This document shows, one piece after another, positions 1-10,483 of a DNA stretch of 37,281 nt (position 1 is the stretch's first letter; every line of letters begins with the position of its first letter). The notes beneath the pieces are model-generated. The model did not search any database, had not been told where the DNA came from, and saw nothing but the letters and a program-made list of their open reading frames with translations. The stretch comes from Conidiobolus incongruus B7586 (Eukaryota). Position numbers and translations under genes: made by a program. The stretch lies in contig JNEM01013221.1 of assembly GCA_000697335.1 (NCBI GenBank), positions 62,001 to 99,281 of the forward strand. Reading direction: 5' to 3'.

Positions 1-462
1 GATATTTATAGGATTGCAATTATTTTTAAGGTCAGGGTTTACAATTTCACATGATTTACTCTAAATAGTGTAAGCTGATTGACTTGCCTTATTAGGAAGT
101 ATCAGATGACCTAGGATTGGACCTAAATTCTGACGTGGTTTGAATCATTAAAATTATAACTAAAAAGACGCCCCATTCAGACATAAATATTTCGTATAGC
201 TTTGATTTCGAAAGAATTGACGAAATATATAGTTTGATCACTTTTAATCAATTTAATCTTATCAATTATCTTTATCAAACCAATATTAAAATCAATTTTG
301 ACTATTGGTGACTCATATTTATTAAAGCATTTTCAATTGTTGAATTTCGTTTTAATATTTAATTTCAGCTATATAACATCATCACTGATTCCAAGAGAAT
401 AAGTGTTTGTGTTGGTAATATAAGAATGTGAAAGCTATATACACTACAGCTTAAGAACTATC

Positions 463-486
463 ATATATATATATATATATATATAT
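463..486. repeat. (AT)n microsatellite
   Basis: Perfect AT dinucleotide run. Confidence 0.9.
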
Positions 487-1828
487 CCCTATTCATACTA
501 TATTATTTAATTAGTTTAATTGATTATTTTTTAATTTGTTAAGGATTAAATGATTAATCACAGTAATATCATATAGTATCAAGCTATTAAAAAACTAATA
601 TGTCTAATATTATTAAATATAGCCAAATCTATACTATACTATATTTCTTGAAAGTAGTTTCAAATGCCAAATCAGACTCTAATATTTTATCTTGATTTCA
701 TTTCGGATTTTTTTTTCAAAAATTATTTTCAATACCATTCCACTAGTTACTGGTTATAAAATTTGTACAACATCTTAATTGGATTACTTGCAATCATCAT
801 CCGAATTACGACTATCAGATTCATAATTATCAATATAAAATATTTGAATATGCGAATATCATTGACAGCTTTTAATACTTATACTACCAATGATTTCAAT
901 ATGTAATGTTTGAAATAAACAGATTAGAATAATAATTGATATTATTATTCATATTGGATAATGTTGGTTATTTATCACAATTGGTGCATAATTTACATCA
1001 GAAAAATAAAGTTATGCATCATTCTTTATCCAATTTAAATTGCTTCAGTATCTGTCTAAATTCCCATGCGTTCTAAATCTTATAAATTGGTATTTTTAAT
1101 TGGTGAGGTTATAAAATTAATAAAATGGGTAAAATCAATTTATTTATAATATAGTGGATATATGAAGCTAGTATTATTACTATTTTTATATATAATTTGG
1201 ATGATAAATTATAAATATTGGGTTTTGTTTGCTATACATTGATAATTATTTGACTTAATAATATTATTTATATTAAACTATTAATTAGTATTTCAATTAT
1301 GGCTCATTTTGAACCTTAGTAACTTGAATAGTTCTTAATTATGAATATATTATTAAACGCACAATCTACTAAAAGTAATTATAACATATAATCCATTTCT
1401 ACAAATAATTTGTAACTGCTCTGTGATACTTTTTCATTTGGAAATATCCTATTCCAATACTTAATTTTTTAACAAGTTGAAACAATTAATGAGTTTAATT
1501 GTTGATATAAATTGAATTTAAAAATTCACTAAAATCAATTGAGTAGTATATGTTTTAATAAAATGTTTTATAGCAAAAAAGACTATGTGACATTTTGAGT
1601 TATTATGATGATAATTTGAGTTAGTTCATTTACACTTTTTGATAAAATCATACATGGATTTAATATATTTTTATTAATAAATTGATTTAAGTACAAATAA
1701 AACGATATCCTTTATCTAACTCAAGTTATCAATCTCCCTAATCAAATTGCCAGATAAACTAATTTTTGCTATAATACTTTGTAAATATATAGCTATCAAA
1801 TCATATAAAGAAGATTTTTTTAAAAAAC

Positions 1829-1832
<4 letters not shown>

Positions 1833-1860
<28 letters not shown>
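1833..1860. repeat. (AT)n microsatellite
   Basis: Perfect AT dinucleotide run. Confidence 0.9.
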
Positions 1861-1862
<2 letters not shown>

Positions 1863-3030
1863 CACAGTATATAAATAATAATAATGATAATGTATTCTTG
1901 AATAACAAAGGCATATATTTCATAAGTATTTCAAATAATTGAATTATTATATATTAAATGACAATAATTAATTAAGCTATTTTCTCGCTTATTTATTTAT
2001 AAATTCAAAATTTTAGATAGAATTATATAATTTTCTAAATTGACATTATTAATGCTACTAGTTAATTAATATATATAACTAGTACTATTTTGAAAATATG
2101 ACCAAATTATACTAGGAAATATATAGTCAAAAGTATATCATATTACACCACTATAATATCAAATAATACATATATATTTCAATCCAGAATACATTAAACA
2201 TGTATTTAACTCAAAATGTCAACAACCTGAATGTCAGACTATTTATTATTTTAATCAGTATGAATAAGGGGCCTTAGGGAATGAAATTTATTAAGAACTA
2301 TTTGAAACTAAGTTAAAATTTCATATTACATTAATTCAATAAGATCCCATTATCAATTCTTCAAAGATAACTTTATAAAGTTAATTATTTTGTTATTAAA
2401 TTGGATATCGGTATAAATAAATTCTATATTAGTTATATTTTCAAACTTTATTTTACTATTTAAAGTATAGAAATTTTTTCATTTTTGTTAATTTATTATC
2501 AACTTTTTTTAAATTCTCTCCTTTTTAATTATTCATATTATCAAGTTGATTTGAATAAGTTATTTTTTTATGATATTCCACAATTGTTTGAAAAAAATAT
2601 AAAGTAACTGACACTGAGTATGTTTATTAACCTGTTTTTCAAAAATAACAACATTTTAATACAAGGCCATGATTGGTAAATATTCTATGAAATCAACATT
2701 TAACTATTTGGGTTAACATATTTTTAATAAATAGTAAAACCCTTTAACAGTAATTTTACTATAAAAATCAAATTATGATCGATCTACACTGAATGACTCG
2801 TTTTTTAATAGACCAAACTATTCAAATTAGTATGACCAAGTGAAAAAATTTTAAGGGATATGAAAAATAATTTGAAACACTTTAGACAAGGATATTTAGT
2901 TTACTTCATTAAATCTAAATAGGAATAGAGTCTGACAGATGGTATCATGGTCATAGAACTATAAATATACTGGTCATGGTCTAGTGACTGATATGTTTTT
3001 GTCAATTAGTTAAATTTTATTTTGTTTCAC

Positions 3031-3930
3031 ATGAGTTCACCACCTTCTTATCAAGAGGTTTATGATAGTGCTCAACCACTTAATAAGGTCCTTGATGTGT
3101 ATCTAATCACTGTAGGCACTATTTCCATCTGTTTAACTACTATGGTAATTACCGTAATTTTCAAACAGAGCTGGAAGAAGCATAATATTGATAATAAATT
3201 GGCTGCAATTATGATTATACTTGACTTATTAACATCAATAGAAATAGTTATGAATGGAATCTTCAACTTGTACAAGGTACCACTTTTAGGGGAAAAATGG
3301 TCATGCGATTTTAGCACTCTATTCACTCTATTGGTATATGTTAATTCAATGAATTTGGTGGGTGTTATCAGTTTTGAGAGAATGATGCTCATCGTTTATA
3401 AGGTCAATTATCCTGATAAAGTATACTGGTTACTAGCTGGCTGCCTTGCAGGGCTCACCATCTTTGCAGGGGTTGCAGGTATTTTGTCAGGCGGGATCAA
3501 TCTTCAACTTCTCGGTGTATACTGTTTATTCAACCTAGATATTCTTGCAGGTAAGCTTTCGGCTATTCCTGCAATACTCAGTATGGGAATATCTCAAACA
3601 TGCGTATTCGTCGGCTACTTTTCCATTGCACTCTACCGTCGTCGGGAGAGATCCAAGCTTGAGCTAGATTTAGGATTAGATCCCGACAAAGTAAGAAGGA
3701 AGGTGAATCGAACTATATTAAAATCATTGATCATTATATTCATTGCAGCACTTTGTAATGGCCCTTACACTGTCATGCTAATCTCAACCATGATTTATTC
3801 TCCGTTTAAAACGAAAGAAATTGAGCTATTATCGTCAATCTGTGTGAATTTGAATACTATTTTAAATAGTCTTATTTTATTATATATGAAACCTGATATA
3901 TTTGAAGGTATTGTTACTTTATTTAAATAA
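3031..3930 (+). CDS. Intronless seven-transmembrane, class A (rhodopsin-like) GPCR-type receptor, ~299 aa
   Basis: ATG at 3031 (the ORF track starts at an upstream TTG), preceded by TATAAATA at 2960-2967. Seven hydrophobic segments. TM3-top Cys (KWSCDF) and ECL2 Cys (GVYCLF). E/DRY-like SFERM, basic third intracellular loop, TM6 CNGPY and TM7 LNSLILLY. Confidence 0.8.
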   Translation: MSSPPSYQEVYDSAQPLNKVLDVYLITVGTISICLTTMVITVIFKQSWKKHNIDNKLAAIMIILDLLTSIEIVMNGIFNLYKVPLLGEKWSCDFSTLFTLLVYVNSMNLVGVISFERMMLIVYKVNYPDKVYWLLAGCLAGLTIFAGVAGILSGGINLQLLGVYCLFNLDILAGKLSAIPAILSMGISQTCVFVGYFSIALYRRRERSKLELDLGLDPDKVRRKVNRTILKSLIIIFIAALCNGPYTVMLISTMIYSPFKTKEIELLSSICVNLNTILNSLILLYMKPDIFEGIVTLFK

Positions 3931-5301
3931 ATAATATAATAAATTAATGTGAACTTAATGGTTTATCATTCTATAATTTATTTTACAAATTTGGATTCTA
4001 AAATAGAATTCATATTTTCAAATACAAAAATCAGATTGATTATATATTTCAGAAATATTTAATTAATATTTCATAGAAATAAATTTAGTATCATATTACA
4101 ATTCAGGTTTAAATTTAATTATCAATTAATATGTATATTTTGACAATATATCAACAAATTTATCTTCTAAATATGATTATGATGCATTCAAACACTATTA
4201 GTAATGCACTCCTAGCCATAATAATCAAGTATTGAATATTGTCAAAGAAAAATATCCATTATTTAACTGCAATTGACATTATAAAAATTCAATAAAATTC
4301 ATATTATAAACAGAATATATTTATATCTAATCAAATCCTTCAGAAAGATATATAAGATTTTGTTTATCACATTATATTATATGATATTGAATGGATAATT
4401 TTTTTAAAATACTAAATAATAAATCATAATATATATTGGTAGTTTCAATCTTCATGTTCAACAAAAATTTATATTGAATTGGACACAAATTTAAATTGAC
4501 CATATATTTGAAAAATATATGACATAATACTCAATTTACAGGTCAAACTATATTATTTGAATTAATTTAACTCTCAAATCACAGCAATCATAAATACACC
4601 ATAATCTCCACTGTGAAACTGTTATAGAAGACCATTTTATATTTTTAAAATACCTATTTTGGAAATATTATTTTAGTATCAATTAGTTTTAAACTGTATA
4701 AAATAAAAATTAATTTTCAAATTATATGTTTTTTTTAAATAATAATATTATTATCAGCTTAATAAAAGATAACATAATTATTTTGATTAAAATAGTCTAA
4801 GAATAAAAAAAATTTAATATTAGATTCAAAATTAATAATTTGTTAAATAAGTATTTAATAGATGCAATTATATAATCTAAAATAAGAACATTTTTTTACT
4901 TTAGTTCATTTACAATTTTATAAAAAAATTATTTCTATGATTTAAATAAAAATCATACATATGCTTCTTTGGGTAAATTTCGTTCAATTTTCAAAGTGGT
5001 TTTAATTAGCTAAAATCATGAGTATTCATATGATATTATATTAGAATTATACAATCTATTATTATTCTATTCACATGATATTTTACTTTGAGGAATTATA
5101 TTCTTTCTATCGAATATAAAATCCATTTTATATTTATAACTTTTAAAAGGCTCGAGTTATTGTAACTTAATAGTTTATTATTATAAAAATATATGACAAT
5201 CATATTATATTTGTTGAAATGATGAAAATGATGAGTCGAGTATTTATTTCAAATAAACCAGAATTATTTATAAATTTATATTATTATGTATTTGAGCTAG
5301 T

Positions 5302-6563
5302 TTAAATATTATGCTTTTTACGTTGTGCGACGTATTCTTTCAATTGATCACCTCCAAATACCATACAGATCTATACCCAATATTAATGATATGCTCAATA
5401 TATATTATAAGGTAACTTACTGTGAGATAGACACCCAAACAGATTCTAGGTGTGACACCTCTGTAGAAACCGAGTAATCCGTTTTTTTCGTAAATATACT
5501 TGGCAGCTGTGAAAATATTCAAATTCTTGGGACGATCTGCTGATTTGGTCTGGCTTTGCATTTCGACACGAATAACCTAATGAATAATGATCAATTAAAT
5601 ATTTAATTAATTAGCTAATAAAATAGTTAGAATTTACCTCAATGGGCTGATTCCAGCATGCGAGTGCACCACCAACAGCAGAAGCTAAAGTACATCAATG
5701 AATATATTTAATTAAGTAATTAATTGATTGATACTTACACAATAATCTCTCCCAAGTAGTCAACTTCCTTGTCTTATCATCACCTTTGATGAGCTTTTCT
5801 GTGAATCTGGAAATACCAAATCTGGAACCCCAGTTGGTCATTTGACGAACAGCTACAGCAGATACACCTTTGTTCAAACCAACGATACCCTCCTTTTTGA
5901 AGACATCATAGGCAACCTTGAAAGTTGATACGTTGTGATCAGGGGACTTATGGCGTGTGACTTCCACAGTCTTCATAAATGTACAGAAGCCCATGGTAGT
6001 GTAGGCTTGAGCAATACCACCTCCCATACCTCCTAGAAGACCGGCTACAGCTGGTGATGCTCCAGAAATACGGGCACGGTAGTCAATTTCTGAAGAGGCA
6101 AAGAGTAAGACGCCACCCTTAGTACTGGCTTCAATCCAAGCCCACTAAAAACAGTAATTTAATATTTGTCTTCGTATATTCAGTGATAGCATATTATCTA
6201 TTGAAATAAATATTATGAATATGTTACTTACAGGAATCAAACCTTGCCAAAAACCTTTAATACCACCTCTAGCATAAGTCTTTTGGATAGAAGTCAACAA
6301 ACTGTCACCTCTGTTAGCTAATCAGAAGAAATAAAAAAAAGTCAGGGTGAGAGGTTGAAGGGTAGCTTAAGCGTTAGTAACTTACCAGCCATATGTGTTT
6401 TAACAACCTCAAAGGGTTGACCAAGGGTAGTCACTTCAAAGGTCTGAATGAAGGCACCAAGGGCAATATTCTCCCAGCTAATCGGTTTCTTTTTGAGCTC
6501 TGAAGTAGGGGTAGTCACTTTAGCAATTTGATCAGTTTTAGCAACAGGAGTTGTGGAAGACAT
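5302..6563 (-). CDS. YHM2: Mitochondrial citrate/2-oxoglutarate carrier (Yhm2/Coc1 type), 6 exons, 313 aa
   Basis: Exons 6563-6386, 6317-6232, 6144-5739, 5684-5638, 5576-5421 and 5370-5302, all GT-AG and in frame (942 nt). Family motifs TLGQPFEVVKTHMAANR, GLIPWAWIEASTKG, RQMTNWGSRFG, WNQPIEVIRVEMQS and FYRGVTPRI. Confidence 0.95.
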
Positions 6564-6632
6564 GTTATGAATATGAGAGAGTATAAATTAACTTACTGTG
6601 TGATAATAAAGCGATAAGCTTAGCTGGCTTGA

Positions 6633-6737
6633 AGATTTATATAGTTGAGTAGAATGAGTGTGTAACAGGATTGAACCAATTTGGATGGCTTAATGGGAAA
6701 AAAAAGATAATTAGAATCAATTATTAACCAGTCACTT
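6633..6737 (-). promoter_or_regulatory. YHM2 promoter: TATA, CCAAT and Homol-D-like CAGTCAC
   Basis: TATATAAA on the minus strand at ~6636-6643, TTGAACCAAT at 6671-6680 and CAGTCAC at 6729-6735. Confidence 0.5.
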
Positions 6738-8609
6738 AACTTTTATTGGCATGCAATTTCATTGGATTTTCCATATTTTAATCCGAAAAAACCGATTCAA
6801 AATTCAACTAAGATTTCATTTGATTATATGGTTGTATTTAGTGTTCAATAAGTTTGTGACTCTTGAATAGGTGGATTAAATTATCACATTATTCTTATTA
6901 GCATAAATTCAATGTAATCAATACTTTATCATGTTTACGATCTTTCACCTATCATAATTCAATGAATTAGTATCATCAATTTATTATACCATAATTCAAC
7001 ACAAATAACCTTGAATTTCTGACCCATTATAGTATTATATGGAAAATCCATTCATAATTACTGGATAATTTTATAATTGATAAAATATAATCAATTCAAC
7101 CAATAGTTACTCGTATATTTCAAAGTCTAATTTCCTTTTATATCATTTTGTATATTGTATCTAAAAATTCACTCTACAAATTATATTACAATATATATAT
7201 ATATATATTATATGTGCATTATGTTAGCATTAATTAACAGTAAATTAATTTTATAAATAGATAATTTAAAAAAGCGATTTTAATTTGATAAATTTCATAT
7301 TCTTCCTAATTTCAGCGATTGTATTACTTGTAATAGTTAATACGACCCTGTTATTGATATTTTTTAAAAATATGGTCATCATTCAAAGAGTCACCTAATA
7401 ATTTATTCCTAATATTGAATTCGTTAAGTGTATTATTATTACATGATTATAATTATTTTCGAATTATTATAATAGAGTTTATAATACTTAGAAATGGCCA
7501 TGCTATATGTGATTCATTAATTATCATACTGATAAATTTCAATTGATCATGATATAGATTATTGATAAATATTTGATTATCTAATCTCCTTTTACATGCA
7601 GTTTTTATTATCAAAAAAATCCTATCAATATCAGTTTGCAATTTAAAATAAATTATTAATTTTACGAAAATACTAAAAAATTATTTTCCTAAGAAAGAGT
7701 GGGGAAAATCAATTTTATAGACCTAATTAACCTGTTTTTTACAAATTTGAATTTTACTTAGTTTGAAAAGTTTTTCAGTGGTTCAGAGAATTTCGGACAC
7801 TAATTGTCTGAAAATAATTCGTTGATTTAAAGTTGAATTTTTATTTTAGGTATATTGCGGTAAATCTTGCAATATTTTTCTAAGCATTGAGTGGAATATG
7901 ATGTACAATCGATAATTTATTTATGCTAGAAAACTAGTAATGATGCTTTATTATTTATCATTCATAGTATTTGATTAATTCAGTGTTATGATATATGATT
8001 AATAAAAAGAGAAAATATTTTTGAATTGAATAATCTTAATTATTATTATAAAATTAAATTATTTTGGATACTTTAAACCATTCAAAATAATAGTCAATAT
8101 ATGTAATAAATTTGATACAAAGATATATATATATATATATCCTAAATCTCATAATTAATCTAGATTTACCATTATTTTCCTAGTTATAATTTAATACAAT
8201 TCTTATATTTAAAAGTCAACTATTGATAATTGTTATTAGATTTGTTTATGACAATTATTTCAATAGTAAGATTTATTAAAGCTTTAAATGAAAATATTTC
8301 AAAGGTGTTAAAATCAATCTCGAGGAGAAGCTATCTATTATATCAGTGCAACGATAAAAAATAATTAAAATTTTTAAACTGAACACTTTGTAAAAAGTAA
8401 GATCAATTTATTTTTGATTAAAATGATCAATTGGGTATATTTTAATATTAATCCAATATTGTTAGATAATAATATTGGTAAATTTTCAATATATTTTGAA
8501 TTTAATTTTAATTAATCAAATATATTGAGTTGCAAAATATATAAATTTTTTTTGTAAATTATATTATAAAATCGATTTAATAAATTTTAGCAAGAAACAT
8601 AGTTATATT

Positions 8610-9883
8610 ATTAAATTAATAATTTACTTTATTTGATAAAATATTTTTAGACTTTTTGAAATTGTTTAATCACATTGAAAACCCATTGTTTTTTAAACAT
8701 TAACATGCCTTGGGAAAACTGGGTCCAGAGTAGTTTAAATGAAAGAGAGATATGGGAAATTCCAGGTAAGTATTAGGGAGATAGGGGTTTATTGGTTCAA
8801 GTCAAATAGCTGAGAAGACCCAGATCGAGCTCGTCTTGTTGAGGTTAGCTCTAATTCCGGGTTTTAAATAGACTGGGTTGGGTAAGGTGATTCACGAGAT
8901 TCTCCAGTGACTTGCATCATCGGCCAATTAAAAGATAGAGTGGGAGCAGATGCTATGACAGGGAGAAATGACTTTAACATTAGGTTGATGTAAGAATACT
9001 TGGGTAGAAGGGAGTCACCTGGCTCGTGACAACATACTAATCATCTTATTCAATTTTGCATTAATATCATTCAAATTTTTGAATTATATTCCAGAATAGA
9101 AGTCTTTTAATAGTTCATAGCCCTGAATATCACAAGGGTTTATATTTGGATAATATGGTGGTTGTGGTAATAGAGCCTATCTCTTCCATTTAATAGGGTC
9201 TTAAAAAATATTTGCTTTAAAGGGCTTGGCATTATTATGAATGATTAATTATTTTTGAATCTAGAAAAATAAACACGGTTTTATGATAATTCTCTCTAAA
9301 AAATTCCTATATATCATACTATCCATAGTGATTCCTGGTGGCAATAATATTGTAAACCTAATGCATTTAAAATCTTTACTAATAACTAAATGTTTTGGAA
9401 TTATTTGTGTAGAGAAAGAATTGAAACAGAAGCTTTAGATTTAACATATATTTTAGATTTTTAATAAGGTAATGGTGTATACAGTAGATACAATTTTTCA
9501 TTAATAACAATAATTTTCTTTAATAACCTAGTATCTGCTTTATATTTATTAAAGCTTTGAGTTATAATTTTTATTCTTTGGTTTACAAAAACTGATAATT
9601 TATTGGGTACACATTTAAAATTTTTTAATTCTAAATTTTTTTTTCAATATCAAAAATTTATAATTAGTATGCAATCTCCTAGATAACAAATAGAGATTCC
9701 TTTTTATTTATCTTTGTGTTATTTAATACTTTTGCTGATGGGGTATTATCCTTTGTTAAACTTATTAATCTAATAATTAATACTACTAAATGAAAGAGCT
9801 TTTTTTCGATATATTTTTATAAATCATGGTGAGCTTTGCTGGTAGCTTTAGTTAAAAAATAAAATGATTTGATAAAAGGCCAT
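8610..9883 (-). mobile_element. Decayed Tc1/mariner (mariner, DD34D) transposase relic, interrupted by a solo LTR
   Basis: Minus-strand translation gives the mariner motifs in order: HTH YRKKALSFSSINY*INKFNKG; KCVPNKL (WVPHEL-like, ~9596-9616); KIIVINEK (TGDEKW-like, ~9500); LLPPGITMDSMIY; IIHNNAKP (HDNARP-like, ~9235); LPQPPYYPNINPCD (LPHPPYSPDLAPSD-like, D at 9129-9131); C-terminal FKNLNDI...VIKQFQKV*. Exactly 34 residues lie between the 2nd and 3rd catalytic positions. Multiple stops. TIRs not recognisable, so boundaries are approximate. Confidence 0.85.
8701..9031 (-). mobile_element. Solo LTR (331 bp) inserted into the mariner transposase
   Basis: GC-richer island with sharp edges. Minus strand starts TGTCACG and contains ATTGG (CCAAT box), TATTTAAAA and AATAAA in LTR order. 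Flanked by ACAT direct repeats (8697-8700, 9032-9035). Removing the element plus one ACAT restores the transposase frame (KMISMFKKQW). The 3' end is TA rather than the canonical CA. Confidence 0.7.
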
Positions 9884-10483
9884 TGTTAAAATTAATGATT
9901 CAATAATGCAAAACAGTGTATGTTTTCAATCAAGAATTTTAAAGACCATTGATGATATTTAGATTGAAAATTTTTAATTTATGTAAAAAACAAAGTGCAG
10001 CGTTTGTTAGAAATTAATTGTAATTAATATCCTGTCTCAAAATGAAATTAAACTATAACTTTTCAATTTTTTTCACATAGTATTTCAACTTAGAATTAAA
10101 AAATTTGAAAATAAATGATAGTTTATTATATAGCTAATATTATTGCAATAAATATATATTGCTGTTTAAATTAAATTGTCTATTTATTGGTAAAGTTCAG
10201 GAAATTATTTGATTTTAGTTGTAATCGATCAATTAAAAACAATAGTTTAAAATATATCTAAATAATTAAAAATTGAAATATAAATATTTTTTATTATCTT
10301 TGATGCCAATTTTAATATTTTTAATTGCTATATAATTTGAATAATATAAAAATGTAGGTTTGATTTTATGACAAATTAAAAAATAATATAATATTTTCAA
10401 TGAAAATGAAAATGTAACCTTTATGAAATGCTAGATAATCAGAGTAACTGGTGTAGCAATCAATTATTTATTAATTAATCCAA

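Noticed and set aside
2627..2716. TTAA-flanked piggyBac-like ends (TTAACCTGTTTTT, also at ~7727)
   Set aside because: No matching inverted terminal repeat and no transposase trace. The shared 13-mer is low-complexity.
3072..3392. 106-aa antisense ORF within the GPCR
   Set aside because: Shadow ORF with no independent coding evidence.
3820..3890. GPCR as a possible opsin
   Set aside because: The TM7 position equivalent to the retinal-binding Lys is Asn (CVNLNTILNS).
4139..4246. 11-bp inverted repeat TTTGACAATAT/ATATTGTCAAA as a MITE
   Set aside because: Short and AT-rich, with no TSD and no second copy in the window. Compatible with chance.
8762..8773. Minus-strand ATACTTACCTGG, identical to the 5' end of U1 snRNA
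   Set aside because: No U1-70K loop (GATCACGAAG), U1A loop (ATTGCAC) or Sm site follows. It lies inside the solo LTR and reads as a consensus splice donor CAG|GTAAGTAT on the + strand.
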